A DNA stretch of 63,810 nt, filler included, from Lenisia limosa (lineage: Eukaryota > Protista > Breviatea), in assembly GCA_001655205.1 (NCBI GenBank). It is 9 parts of 9 records of this genome, joined end to end, with 100 filler letters (N's around TTAATTAATTAA, not from the genome) between each part and the next. Parts side by side here need not be neighbours in the genome. Positions count along the whole stretch, not along the records: positions 1 to 7,361 come from LPNZ01009072.1; positions 7,462 to 15,945 come from LPNZ01006282.1; positions 16,046 to 17,951 come from LPNZ01001835.1; 6 more parts are not named here. One strand, written 5' to 3'. The translations under genes were made by a program, and so were the position numbers. Each line of letters opens with the position of its first letter. The stretch's first letter is position 1. The notes beneath the pieces were generated by a model. The model did no database searches. It saw only the letters and a list, made by a program, of their open reading frames with translations, and was not told the DNA's origin. This document shows, piece after piece, positions 1 through 16,150 of this stretch.

Positions 1-149
1 CCCTCATATATGATATTTTGTATGTATGGTATATCATATCATATCATATGATAGAGTATTTTTATACTAATAGATATCATATCATATAATTATGAATAAA
101 GTACAATACTAGACAATATCATATCTGTTATATCCCCCTCCCCCCCAAC

Positions 150-3006
150 CAGGATGAGCGAGAAGAAGGGACGTGGAGGTCGGCTCTCCGATTGCGGCTT
201 CATGGAGGGCTGTTTTGCCCTACGTTGTTAAGCTTTGACTGATTCCACTATAGAGATGAGAAATGAAACAAGGTTGTATCTGGCCGAAGCCGTCCAGATC
301 ATCACGCTTATTAGTGATATTAGATTATAGTAAATATAATAATAATTCACAAAACGATAATAAAAACAATCTGGGGATGGAAAATGGACATCAAAAGCAT
401 TGTCAATTTTAACTCAGACGCTAAAACCTACTCCTCATTTTTAGCTGAGCCACAAAACCAAGCCAACTGTCCTATCTTGAATTGAAGACTAAAAGCTACA
501 CCCCCCCCCCNNNNNNNNNNNNNNNNNNNNNNNNNNNNNNNNNNNNNNNNNNNNNNNNNNNNNNNNNNNNNNNNNNNNNNNNNNNNGCTCCTGCCTCCAA
601 AATGTGTCGCAGAGAGTCGTGGTGGCCATATTGCGCCGCTGGGAGGGGTAGGGTGAAATATGATAATCAAACAAACAAAAAAAGAAAAGAAACAAAAGTC
701 CACAGTCAAGGGATGCGGGTAAAATTATAAATCTTAATAACCAACCTATATGCACGGCAGTTTGTCCAGCCTTGTCAACCGCGTTAAGATCCATTCCTAA
801 GGTACAATTAGTGCACCTCAGTCGTAATACTTCCCTGCGGTCCAAAAAAGACGGTAAAATATCGATATTTATCGAGGATTTATCGAGAAAATCGGTCTTT
901 TTTGGAAACGTAGGGAAACCCTTGTAATAATATAACATCACGCATATAAGAGATATTGAATAATAGTGTAATATAACGATGTATATTACACAGCTTTCTG
1001 AGTANNNNNNNNNNNNNNNNNNNNNNNNNNNNNNNNNNNNNNNNNNNNNNNNNNNNNNNNNNNNNNNNNNNNNNNNNNNNNNNNNNNNNNNNNNNNNNNN
1101 NTTCTAAGGGATATTGGATTATGGTATCTGGCCGAAGCCTTCACAACATCACGTTAGTAAGGGATTTGAGGGTATCTGACCCAAGTTTCGGTAGAACGGG
1201 TATTGATGACAGTATGAATTTGTGATTTGTGTATGGTATCCCTATGTATTCTTTTGTTTTACTGGATTTATTTAATCTATTTTCTTGCTAAAAAAAAGAA
1301 TTATTGCCCACCCTTAGCCTTAGCTAGCAACAGGGTAACCTCGGGGTAGTTGTGAAAGGCAGCCCAGTGGAGCGCCTAAATCGGTCACCGTTATGGGACT
1401 CTGCAACAAATTGAAAAATTAATTGAAAAATTATTTCACAAATTAATTGACAAATTTGAAACGCGAGGTATTGTAATTAGGGCTTACTTTCTACATCGAT
1501 ATGTACTACATCACATAATATAGTATATCATTAGAGCTTCATTTCGGTTCGAAAAAAAGCTGAATTTCTCGATAAAACCTCGAAAACTATCGGTATTTTA
1601 CCGGTATTTTTCCAACCGAAGTGAAGCCTTATATATCATATAATGTAATTATATATATAATATATAAAGAGATGAGAAATAAAACAAATATCAGGGGACC
1701 CACATTTCGCTGGAGACGATCACAGGCATTCACATCGACGTTGTTGTTCAGAAAGAAGTTGACTGTTTCCTCGTAGCCAGCTGGGGGGTCAATGATCAAT
1801 AAGCCAGCTGTGGGAGTATAAACGGACAACTTTATGAAACAAAAAAGCCCAAAAATCAACTCTATTGGCTAACACACGAGGGTTGAACAGCAAAAAAAAA
1901 CCCATGCCAGTCGCGCGTCAAAATAATAAGCCAGCTGGGAAGAGGGGCTCCCTCCAGAGAATGGTGGACAGTAAAGAGAGTATTTGGAGGGGGAGGGGAA
2001 GTAAAATTAGAAAATTATGAAACAAACAAATAGAGAAGCCCAAAATCAACTCTGGTTGGCGCAACACACGTTTAGAACAGTGCAGCGTACAGGACCAAAG
2101 CCCATAATACCTTTTACAGCAGCGTGGAGAGCGGTTTCGCCAGTTTTGGCTTCGACATCGTTAATGGCCATTTTGCCTTGTTCACTCAGATGTCTCTGGA
2201 AAGTCAAGCTTCTTTTTTGTTTTTGCAGTAAATGTCATAACAAGAAAAAGGGTGAACCCTCGTACTATCTTCTTTTATCATTTCTATTCGAAAGTCGATC
2301 CTATGTTCATTGTTTTTGTATAAATAAACATCCTTGAAATATGGGTTGTCTTTAGGCTTCGGTTCGAGAAAATATCGATAGTTTTCGAGGATTTATTGCG
2401 AAATAAAAGTAGCCAAAATCTTTGCTTAAATGAGGAGGGCACTTGGCCGCAGGGGGTTGGAAATGTTGGAACTGAACAAGTTCCACGACTTCGCCTCAAG
2501 AAAAGGTGTTAAAGGAGGCTAGTTGAAATGATTTTGGGGAATTTATGAAGAAAAATCGTCGAATTTTTGTGTCGAAATAGTTTCCAACCCTCAGCGGCCA
2601 AGAACCATGAGGATAATTTATCCTTTTCCAAAAGAGGTAACAGCCCTCCTTGCACTCTATCAAACTCTGATGTTCATGAAAACTTTAGGCACTTTATTGA
2701 TATAATAAGTCAATTCATAAACCAATCAATGTCAACCACATGGTTCCCAGAGCTTTTTTTTTTTTTTTTTAAATGAGCCACGCTGTAAACAACAAAACAA
2801 AAGCTGGATGAAGGATAGGGAGGTGCTAATATCCTTCTTTAAACTTGTCCATAAACATGGTCATCGATACTAACATGGAACTAAGCTCACTATTTCTTTA
2901 AGAAAGGTTCACCAGCAGAAAACTGCAACAAAGTCCCACAAACCTCGATTTCCTTGATGCATCCATTAGCGGCCGCCTCCCTCACTGTACTATAACCATT
3001 TCCCAT
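150..3006 (-). CDS. Ankyrin-repeat protein, multi-exon, runs off the window start
   Basis: Minus-strand exons: MGNGYSTVREAAANGCIKEIE (ATG at 3006), INDVEAKTGETALHAAVK (~2110-2170), GYEETVNFFLNNNVDVNACD (~1720-1780), GMDLNAVDKAGQTAVH (~750-800), AAQYGHHDSLRHILEAG (~590-640) and KTALHEAAIG (~190-220). These match the ankyrin G-TPLH-AA--G pattern. Confidence 0.85.
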
Positions 3007-3366
3007 TGTTTAAGCAGGCAAAGGGATCGGAAAAGAGCAAGCTGTTCGAAAGAGAGAGCAATAAAAAAAAATTCCTTTGCTAAAATCGATTCAATATATT
3101 ACAATATATATTGGCGTACTGTTATGTGCTATAGTGAGCCTAAAATGTGTTTTAGGACGAATCTGGCCTTTTATATCCCAAAGTATCGAAATATTTCAAG
3201 GAAATATCGATTCACTCAGAGAAAAACGAACAATTGTCAAATTTTTGCCAGTTTCTTGTTAGATTTGGAGAGACTAATCAGTTAATTAATTAATAAAAGA
3301 CTAAAAACACATTTTGTAGACAAACTCATTTTATGAATTGACAAGTTTTTCTAATTTCCTAATATA

Positions 3367-6300
3367 ATGGGTGTTATTGCCCTTCCTATTACGTCTGAGA
3401 ACGTTTCGGAACTGAAAGCCCTCGTTGAAGGTTTGAAGTGTCCTTCTCTCCGGCTGTAACCTTTTCAGGAGACGAATTCAACCCAGATTTCTTCAAGGAG
3501 GAAGCTTACGAAACTCTCAAGTCTTTCCTCTCCTTCGCACAATCTGTAAGTCTCTTCATTTTTTTCGGTGATGCCTTTTCTTGCTTAGGAAGAGTCGGAA
3601 CTTGCCTAAGTTTAGTTTAATTATTAAATACGCAACGGGTAATCTTACAAAGTGCCAGGAAATTGAAGGCGATGGTTTCCCCGCCGTTCTCTCTGTTCTT
3701 CAGGTCATTCTCGAGCGGTTAGTTGGTTAATTTGAGCTAATCTCACAAAGGTCTCTTCTTTGGGCTGCCATAACGCTTTAGTGTTGATTCTGATGCTTGC
3801 TTGGTTGTTGTGAAGTCTTCGATCTTGAATGTTCTTGTTACCAAGCTGGTAGGGTTTCTTGGGGTCACAAACGTGAAATAGTGAATGTCAGCAATTGGGT
3901 AGAGATATAGGAATGAGACAGCGAATGGTGTGGCAGTTTCATCTTTCTCTGACTAATCATAGTTGCTTCCTTTATTTTGAGGAATTCCCTTTTGCCAAGT
4001 TTTAATTCCGATATTTTTACGTTATAAAATTAGGATATTAGGATATAGCCTGTTGGGGCATCAGAGCCTATTTTATTTCCCATTTTCAATTGTCTATCAC
4101 ATAAAACAGCAAATTGTACGCGTTTTTCTCAGGTGCTGTGCTTTTTTGTCCTGAAGCTGCTCTGACACAGTAGAGCGACACTCTCCCCACCTTTGTCAAG
4201 GATGCAACCACACTGAGCGAAGAGGCGATGATCTCTCTGATCATAGTCAGCGCTATGCTCCTTGTTGTTCCTTCGGCTAAGGAGCTCACTAACAAACGTG
4301 GGCTGCTTGATTGCTATTGATTAAACAAAAAGCACAGTTTATGGTAAATGATTGGGTGAATTAATGTAATACAATAATCCAATATCTCTTATACGCGTGA
4401 TAGTGTTGACGGCTTCGGTCAGACACTATAATCCAGTGTTTTTTAGAATGGTTCTGTATGAGTAAAACTTATCACCATTTTTACACGCATATTGCTTTGT
4501 GTTGATCTGTATTCTAGTTTCACAGCATTTATGTGTGATCTCACAATATGTGAGCTTTTGGACAAAACAATAATCAGCAACCTAACCCATGAATTGATCA
4601 ATTTCACCAAAAAAATGCTCTTCACAGCCCAAGCCGCCTAACCAGTTCAGACCTTGTGACCGTAAGCTTTGTGGTTGCCCTAGCCAAGCTGATTGAAACC
4701 CGTGCCGACGACGAGAGTTCTCTTTGCGGCGACGCCATTAATCTTCTTGTTTGGGGCGTGGCTGCTTGTGGCCCCTCTTTGTTGCGTTTTGTTGGAAATC
4801 TTCTTGTATGTTATGTGGTGACTTTGATTTTTGACTCATTAACACAAAATAGAAAACAAAATAAATACTTTCTGGAGGAGATTCCAAAATTTCAATCTTT
4901 TCCGATCGTTTTTCTGTCATTAAATTTCCCTGTTTTGAAGCGGTAAATTACCACCACCGCCCCGAAACACACTCACACTCTTGGCTTTTTTTTTTTGTTT
5001 TTTTGTTCCCCAAGAGGCNNNNNNNNNNNNNNNNNNNNNNNNNNNNNNNNNNNNNNNNNNNNNNNNNNNNNNNNNNTTTTTTCAAAATTTTTCAATTTTT
5101 ACAAATCTTCGTTGAAAATTTCTCTTTACGCCCTCATCATGTTCTTCACTGAAAATTTCTCCGTTTACCCCCCCTCTCCTCACTGTTTACTTCACAAAAC
5201 CCTTAGATCAGTCTCAACTCAATGTACCCCCGTCTGGAGGCCAATACGGTCCTAACCGCTTTGGACACGGACATTAACGTCAGAATCCTCATGGAAAATG
5301 TGAGTGTTATATATACGTACAGTGACCGGGATAAGTCTTGACAGATTTTCCTTGGGAAATCACACAGCAAATCGGTCAAGACTTGATATACTCTTTACAT
5401 AGGGGGTATCCTCATGGAGAATGTGGGTGTTAAACACGTTGTCAGAACCCTCATGGGTGTTCTTTTTGTTTATATTTTAAAAATTTCACAGAGTGCAAAA
5501 TATCGATGTTATTATATTGCGGAAAACATGGGGGTTGTAGGAGCAAACTTTACCAGTTCTATTCAGACCAGCTATGGAAGGAAGTTAACAAATATCCTCA
5601 AAAAGTAACACTCTCCGCCGTTCTTACCTCCCGGTTTTCTCACACCTCAGGTCTTCTCACTAGTCAACAAGGGACGTGATCATCCCTTCGGCGGCATGCC
5701 GTCAGTCAAATTCGTGACGGACCTCTGTCTCAGCTCTACCACACAGGGCCTCTTCTACAAAAATGACTTCCAGTGGGAGGTGATGATGGTGGTTGTAGTT
5801 GTGCTGATTAGTGTTCTTATAAACATCATCTCATTCATTAGTATCCTTATTTAATATCATCTCATTTCCTAGTGTCCTCATTGAGATCACCCTCCGCGAA
5901 CTGATGAACGGCGACCCTGCTTCTGAGGTCTTGGGAGGGGGGGGGGACTTACCTGCCATATTTGGCAAGTCATCATTTTAGACCTACCCTATTTGGCAAG
6001 TCACATTTTTAGACCTACCTGCCCTATTTGACGCTCATTAAAGCTATCGTTTTCACTGCCCTTTACAAGGAAGACTCCCACAAAAAAACAGAGGTATTTG
6101 GCCAGTACTAAAAAATAGGGTTAGTATTCGGCTTAGGGGGGGGGGGGTATTCGACTGAATTCTCGAATCTTCGGAATNNNNNNNNNNNNNNNNNNNNNNN
6201 NNNNNNNNNNNNNNNNNNNNNNNNNNNNNNNNGTTTTGTTTACTATGGGTAAGAATTTTGCCATGGTTTTGACATAGAGAATCTGTTACTTTTGACCGCA

Positions 6301-6540
6301 ATTAAGTTTTCCATTTTTCAATCCCTACCCACAGATTGCGAACGTCTGCAAGAGTATCTGCAAAATGGACTCTCCCTCAGAGGAGTCCAAGAGTGTCGCC
6401 CGCGAAATTGCGGTAAGCTTTTAGGCAGAACATGTAGGGTTTCACTTTGGTTCGAAAATAGACTGAATTTCTCGATAAATCCTTGATAAATATCTATCCA
6501 TTCTTTCTCGGACAGGTTTGAAGCTGTACGACTATGGTAA
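3367..6540 (+). CDS. SPIN90/Ldb17 (WISH/DIP/SPIN90 family)-like Arp2/3 activator, multi-exon, may extend to ~7150
   Basis: Exons: MGVIALPITSENVSELKALVE, GDEFNPDFFKEEAYETLKSFLSF, AKLIETRADDESSLCGDAINLLVW, VFSLVNKGRDHPFGGMPSVKFVTDLCLSSTTQGLFYKNDF, VLIEITLRELMNGDPASE and IANVCKSICKMDSPSEESKSVAREIA. From memory these resemble the NCKIPSD C-terminus (LLNRGDDP..VLKF..D.F......IFY..D..VLIDI..R.L). Confidence 0.6.
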
Positions 6541-7224
6541 TTATTTGGTCTTCGTACAAACAATTGAGAAAAAAATTTTAAACTAAGGAATGAATTGAGA
6601 GTACCACCCTAATCTTACCGCCCACACCCCAATCTCACAACGCAGTCCGAGGTTTCTGGCTCGGAGCGCATGTTGAAAAGACTCTCAATGACTCTCTCGT
6701 GAGCGCGGGGTGGTTGCGAAACAAATCGTTTTTGTTTTTTTGTTTTATTACAACATATCGGCATCTTTTTGTTTTTCACCCTTGTGTGTTTCCCAGATAC
6801 TAGCCAACAGAGTTGATTTTGGATTTTGTTATTTCATATTCCTTCTGTTTTACCTCCCCCCCCCCCCNNNNNNNNNNNNNNNNNNNNNNNNNNNNNNNNN
6901 NNNNNNNNNNNNNNNNNNNNNNNNNNNNNNNNNNNNNNNNNNAAAAGGGGAGAGGGGTGATAAAGGGGAACAAAAAAAAATAAAAAAAAAAATAAAAAAA
7001 AAACAATAAAAAAAGCAAAAGGGAAGGATTGACAGACGTTTTTTTCTTCAAAATTCCTGTATTTCTCATCTCCCAGTGCGCCACCGCGTTCGAAGTCTAT
7101 TGGGAACAAGGAGGTAGGAGGGATCCCTTGATGATCTTTGATCGTATACTGAAGAGGCCGCAAAAAGTTGTGTGCACAGAGTTGTAAGGCTCCCCCACAA
7201 CCCCAGACCACCACACCTACCTAG

Positions 7225-7341
7225 AATAAACATAAACATAAACATAAACACAACCATAACCATACCCATAAAAAACATAAACATAAACAGCATACATCAA
7301 CACAATCATCAACACAAACACAAACATAAGCATAAACAACA
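7225..7341. repeat. (AAACAT)n-like microsatellite
   Basis: Degenerate AAACAT/CAACAT hexamers running into an assembly gap. Confidence 0.85.
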
Positions 7342-7361
7342 TCAACACAAACATAAACATA

Positions 7362-7461
7362 NNNNNNNNNNNNNNNNNNNNNNNNNNNNNNNNNNNNNNN
7401 NNNNNTTAATTAATTAANNNNNNNNNNNNNNNNNNNNNNNNNNNNNNNNNNNNNNNNNNNN
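7362..7461. other. Artificial contig linker 44N-TTAATTAATTAA-44N (one of eight)
   Basis: The identical 100-bp structure has its TTAATTAATTAA core at 7406, 15990, 17996, 44745, 47431, 50667, 52426 and 62276. The 12-mer gives stop codons in all six frames. Confidence 0.97.
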
Positions 7462-10400
7462 CTTGCTCAGCCTCGAGGGCCCGAGTAGCCCTGGTCTTAC
7501 GCTTGCCTGATATGGTAAGTCAAACAACGCAACGTATACAACGAAATAAGAAATACAAAAAGGAGTATCAGGAATCTTGGCCCTCTTTGGAACCTGCCCA
7601 CCTTGTTCAAGCCCGAGTTTGAGAGTCACAGGGTCAGCTTCCTCCTCTTCAACAACCTCCTCAGCTTCCACCTCTGATGGCCGTAAATGTTGAAATCTAA
7701 GATACCATCTATAAGTTATGTTCTCTTGCGCGTCCCTACTATGTACATATCTAGGGTTGATCCAATGATATAGAGAGAGTAGCCAAAAAAAAGTCTTCTG
7801 AACAACCCTCATATTATATGTATATATATATCATATGTAGAAGGGAGAAAAAAGAATCAGTCTAGCACTATGTTACAAAAATGGTGGCTACTTCCGCTTA
7901 GAGTGATTCATTCACGCTGCAGCATTTTGCAACATACCAAATATATTAAGATGAGAAATAAAATAAGGTATCTGACCGAAGCCATTCACACCATCCCGCT
8001 TATAAGATATTGGAAAAAAGTTTATTATTATAATATTAATCCAATCATTTGTCTTACAACTCTGTGAACACAGCTTTCTGCGAGCCTCCCCAACATACCA
8101 ATTACTTCGAACTTCTTGGATTTGTTTTTCGGGGCAGGCGGTTTGAAGGAGTGAGCAGTGGGCTAGAGGTGAATTGGTGTTGAAGAAATCCCCAAAAAAA
8201 ACTCATATTTGGCATTTCGATTTTCTTAATACACGTTCTCTCATACCTTCGGTCTCAGAGGGGGATGCGGTACTGGCTCCGCATTTGCCCCCTCCAGCAA
8301 TGTGTTAATATTGTCTCGCCGCAGTTGGTACTCGCCAACTTTGATGTCGCCCTATGAGAGTCGTCAGCATTATGTTAAAAAACGAAACAATATCAGGATA
8401 AATTCTAGAAGATAAATTCTAGAAGATGAATGCTGAGGTAGGTGATGAAATGTTTCATGACATATTCAACAATAAGCCTATCCCCCCCATCCAGCCATTC
8501 CCAACCATTCTGCAGTGGACTTGCTCCTCCTTGAGCGCGTTAATCAGAGCTGCATCTTGGACACTGCTCAGATCGAAGGAGGTGAATAGTTCACCAGGTT
8601 GACGCTGAGAGGGGGGGGGTGAAATGGATATGATATATATTTTTTAAAACCCAAATTAACTCTTTATGGTTAACATTTATATATTGATATAATATAACTA
8701 CATATGAAGCAAAAAAGAGCTAAAACAATTTATTTACTATCTTGGCAAAACATTGTCACACACGATAGCTTCGTTTTATTGTTTCAAAAAACTTGCAACA
8801 ACACGTCATTCAATAATTGCATCCACAAACCTTAGCCATCCACAAGAGTGCTTCAGTCAGTGACGCTCCACCAAATGCGAGAGACATACTACAGATAAAT
8901 GATCAATAAAAATACGGTAGTTCACGCTTATAAGAGAGAGACAAATAAAATACTTTTGGTGTTTTATGAAACTGAGATCGAGGGTCCAGGAGCGAGTATT
9001 GATAGTAGAGAAGGCAATTAAATAAAAATTCGATATTAATTGGGTGCCAGAAACATAATTCACCCAATCATTTGCTAAACAACTCCATGCAGCCTTGTGC
9101 AATTTACACAAAAAGACAACAAAAATATCGAAAAGATTTGTTATCAAAACATTGATATAATACAGGTCTTTCCCGAACCGAACATACCATGACTCGGGAA
9201 CTACGATGCCGTCTTGAACACAGGCAATGGACGTACAAGAGTGTCCAATGTCCACCACCAATCCACTCGAAATACCGCCTGTCATTGTGGACAGTGCTGC
9301 GGACTGGGAGGGGGTAAGAATGGCAAACTTAAGAAAATAAAACAAAACAAAACAAAACAAAACAAATAACAAAACAAAACCAAACCAGACAAAACAAAAC
9401 AAACCGGAACAGAACAGAACTCTGTTGGCTCTGTTGGCTAAACATTAGACACACGAGTGTAAACTTGAGGGGTACAAAGCATGGTTCAATGAGGAATATT
9501 GAGTAGGACTCCACTTCGGTTCGAAAAGACCGTTAAAATATCGATAGTTTTCGAGGATTTATCGCGAAATTCAGTCTTTTTTGAACCGAAGTGAAGCCCC
9601 TAACTATAANNNNNNNNNNNNNNNNNNNNNNNNNNNNNNNNNNNNNNNNNNNNNNNNNNNNNNNNNNNNNNNNNNNNNNNNNNNNNNNNNNNNNNNNNNN
9701 NNNNNNNNNNNNNNNNNNNNNNNNNNNNNNNNNNNNNTGGTTACTTGAGCGCACGGTATGGTAGAACACCGAGCTGATTTCAAGGCACTTGAAGAGAGCC
9801 GTTGAGACAGTGTGAAGATAGTCTGCGCTTGGGTTGTTTGGCACAACAATGGCCACTTTCATGTACTGAAACAAGGTGAAATGGATGTTCCATCAGAGCT
9901 CAATTGCTATGTGACCTATTTCAAAAACATTCAATGTGCACATGAACATACGTACATATGTACTTAGTATATAAATACGAATACCATTCATTCTGTTGTA
10001 ACCTGGTACTTAGTTTTCAAAACAAGACTGAAATATCGATAAATTCTCTGTAAATATTGACATCAAAACTAACAATCATCATTTGGAACGGAAATATAGC
10101 ATTTGTCACGATTCACCCCCACTTTGAACCACTTCCGCGGAACGCCGAGACTCAAAAGGCCCTCCTCGAAGATTGCTGCCACGTCATCAATCCTCGACTG
10201 TTTTGTCACTCGCTGGCCTCGACCCCATGTTGTAGGCATGCCACCGGAAACCTGGCAATGAGACGACTCATTTGAAAGGGGAAATGCAAGGCAGGAGTTG
10301 TGTAGTTTTGAAATATTGTAGGGTATGATGCTGCCTTCTTCTTTTGATTGAAACATGCCAGTTTAACATTATACTATATGCGCTTCATTATTAAATCCTT

Positions 10401-12227
10401 GTAAAGAAGGGGTTAGCCACATCAGACAGCATTGCCAGATCTTGAAATACCTTTTGTGCGGCCGCAGGGCCCTTGGTGGTATTCCTGTAGAACGGGCATC
10501 GGACATCGTAGGGGGCTCGGCTGGGTAGAAGTGCAGCCTAATATCGTAAATACAACTAATAATAGCAAGTGGCAAGGATAGAAGAGATTAAATCGTTCAG
10601 AAGCGTAACCCCCTACCTTTACGCCAACGTATTTATTGGCAGTCCAGTCAAGATTCCATTCGATTGTATCCAGGGACTTATCGCCTCGAATTTCTTCCAC
10701 AGTACCACCGAAAGAGGGTATTACCTGGGGGGGTATGAGGTATTACCTGGGGGTATGAGGTATTACCTGGGGGGGTATGAGGTATTAACAGTCAACAACA
10801 TATCATATAGCTTATTCACCGTGTCATATGTGTGTATAATATGATATGATTGAATGAAGTTAATAGTATAAGTAGGGCTTCCCTACTGTCCCAAAAAAGA
10901 CCGAATACCTCGATATATACTCGATAAATATTGATATTTATACGGTCTTTTTCGGACCATAGGGAAGCCCTAAGAAGGAATACTTTCCACCATACTAAAG
11001 TATGTAACTGTTCCCAAATCGGCCATCAAAGAGCAGGATAAAAAATGAATTTCAGGCCGAAGCCGTCCACACCGTCACGCTTGGTTGGATAACAGCACGA
11101 TCCTCACGTTTGTATCCAACAGTACGTTCCAATAAATATCGATAATTCTCAATTTTTGGAATTGAAAGTGAACTATGTGACTCTGGGTAATAAGAAAACA
11201 CGTATAGCTACATATGATATGTTTTGTAACATTATATGAGGGCTTCCCTACAGTCCGAAAAAGACTGGTAAATATCGACATTTATCGAGGATTTATCGAG
11301 GTATTTTTTGGGACCGTAGGGAAGCTCTAAATATAACGCCCTTCAGACCGTCGGTACGTTCACTTTGCGCCCGCGTTTCTTCGGAAGAAGGTTGCGTCGA
11401 CGCTCACAGACCATGGCGTTGATTTGCTGGAGGGAAACATCTCGAGAGTGACAGGATGATGGCGTGTAGTACAAGAGGTCTTCGCGCTAGTTCGTAAGAT
11501 TTATAAATGCTGAGAATAGACAGCCTCCTTATTCCAAGTGCTAAGTGTACTGGAAAGCACTTCATGAATGAGTTCAATCAAAACGACATTGGAAACTGCC
11601 AACCTCCGGTGTCTGTGACGTCACCTTCCACGCAACTACGGACGGAAGTTCAACAGGTGACAGGTCCGTCGGGAAGGCCACGCGCAACACCTCCGCACCG
11701 GGCTGCATGACGACCACCTGGAACGCGGCCGGCGGCTACGAATTAGAAAGTGCAATATAGAAAATGGGACATAAAAGAATAAATTAGGAAAACGAAATAA
11801 TTGGCGAAGAGGAAAATAAAGTGACCTGAAAGATACTTAATCAAAGATGAAAATATCCCGTTTTCAANNNNNNNNNNNNNNNNNNNNNNNNNNNNNNNNN
11901 NNNNNNNNNNNNNNNNNNNNNNNNNNNNNNNNNNNNNNNNNNNNNNNNNNNNNNNNNNTCCCTGAAAAAGGTACAAGAATCTATTATATTTCATTTTCAT
12001 ATTTCTATTCTTGTAACCTTTCATGAATACTATATTCGGCAAGCACAAATCAAAAATGAGAGAGATAGAACACGTTTTACAGCAAGGAATTCTTATCACC
12101 TTTCAATATAACAGCCCTATCCATAATATAACCATCTTAAATACCCCCAACTTCAGCAGCAAAAGTGTCAACCATCTTAAATACCCCCAACTTCAGCAGC
12201 AGAAGTGTCAAACTGTTCGGGATCCAT
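7462..12227 (-). CDS. ARP8: Actin-related protein, Arp8 (INO80 complex)-like; 3' end cut by linker
   Basis: Exons: MDPEQFDTSAAEVG (ATG 12227), QVVVMQPGAEVLRVAFPTDLSPVELPSVVA, IDDVAAIFEEGLLSLGVPRKWFK, YMKVAIVVPNNPSADYLHTVSTALFKCLEISSVF, SAALSTMTGGISSGLVVDIGHSCTSIACVQDG, LAFGGASLTEALLW and FDLSSVQDAALINALKEEQVH. The actin fold is clear. The order and motifs best fit Arp8 (IIVIHPGS..LRIG, LAYGGSDV, LQHLKETFCH). Confidence 0.7.
7945..8095 (-). repeat. Dispersed intronic repeat family B (core GTGGACGGCTTCGGCCAGATAC in host-sense orientation)
   Basis: Related copies at ~255-312, 1120-1155, 4345-4425, 9055-9095, 11050-11085, 27295-27345, 45900-45940, 47540-47660 and 59300-59420. Confidence 0.85.
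9335..9420. repeat. (AAAAC)n microsatellite in an Arp8 intron
   Basis: Pentamer run AAAACAAAACAAAAC, i.e. (GTTTT)n on the sense strand. Confidence 0.85.
10719..10788. repeat. ~22-bp tandem repeat, 3 units (GTATTACCTGGGGG(GG)TATGAG), in an Arp8 intron
   Basis: Directly visible. Units differ only in G-run length. Confidence 0.9.
10875..10970. mobile_element. 96-bp MITE, family A2 (TIR GGGCTTCCCTAC.GTCC), TA-flanked, in an Arp8 intron
   Basis: TA-GGGCTTCCCTAC...ATAGGGAAGCCC-TA. The internal sequence (AAAAAAGAC..TCGATA..ATCGATATTT..GTCTTTTT) is shared with A1. Other copies at ~830-922, 11240-11327 and 48198-48296. Confidence 0.85.
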
Positions 12228-12877
12228 TGTGGCTGGAAAGACCAGGCTTAACCACTAGCCCTACATGTTTATTATTCTTGAATGATTAATTGTGCAGTTT
12301 ACACGTTAACACAGTTCTATCATGACAGTGGAACCAATATGAGAATACATCCATTCATATATTATGTTTCTGCCTTATCCTTACCCAGAATAAGTGCAAG
12401 GAATATATATATATATTATATTAAACATATATATATATATATAAACAAGTAAAAGTGAAAAAGTCAAAGGCAGGGATAACAGGATTGAAGAAATATCCCT
12501 TCAATCACGGTCCATTTACAGATCATACCCACCGAAATAACTTTAAGCGAGCAAGTCGGAAGGCGATTACGCGATTAGGTTCAGTGAACTCTTCAGCAAG
12601 AAAGGTTGTAAACAAGGAAAATAGCCACTTTGCTGCGCTTCTACTTGTATGCGTGTCTACAGTCTACAGGCGTTCTGGCAACGTTCTGACAACGTTCTGA
12701 GGTGCTGTTTTTCGTAATAATTATAAATCAATTATTTTAAATGTTTCCCCAGATAAAACTATTATACTACCCTCCTGTTTTAACAGCATTTTTTTTTAAA
12801 AATCGCCATTACTATTAACGTCCTTTAGTTGCCTATTAATTCCTTTATATATATACTACCTTTGATTTAGCGGTAGA

Positions 12878-15790
<2,913 letters not shown>

Positions 15791-16150
15791 AAGCGCTCTA
15801 ATTGTTTCTAAGGCCCCGTCTAAAGAATGTTATTGCGCTATTATGAGCAATTAACTGTTGGTATTCGTATTAAGTGGGAAGGAACTTTACTTTTATCCAT
15901 ACTATTGTTGCTGATCTGGAAGCTTTGTTCACGGAGTTTTCAGGCNNNNNNNNNNNNNNNNNNNNNNNNNNNNNNNNNNNNNNNNNNNNTTAATTAATTA
16001 ANNNNNNNNNNNNNNNNNNNNNNNNNNNNNNNNNNNNNNNNNNNNTGATCTGTTTGATCCTAGTTACAGTAGAGGCTTTATTCTATTTATGATCTAGTTG
16101 CATGTAACAGAGGCTTTAATGCAGAAAAAAAGAGGCTGCCCCTCACCCTC

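Noticed and set aside
8255-8285. GGGGATGCGGTACTG match to module D in antisense orientation
   Set aside because: The match is short, lies at an Arp8 exon-intron boundary and lacks the rest of the module, so it is probably coincidental.
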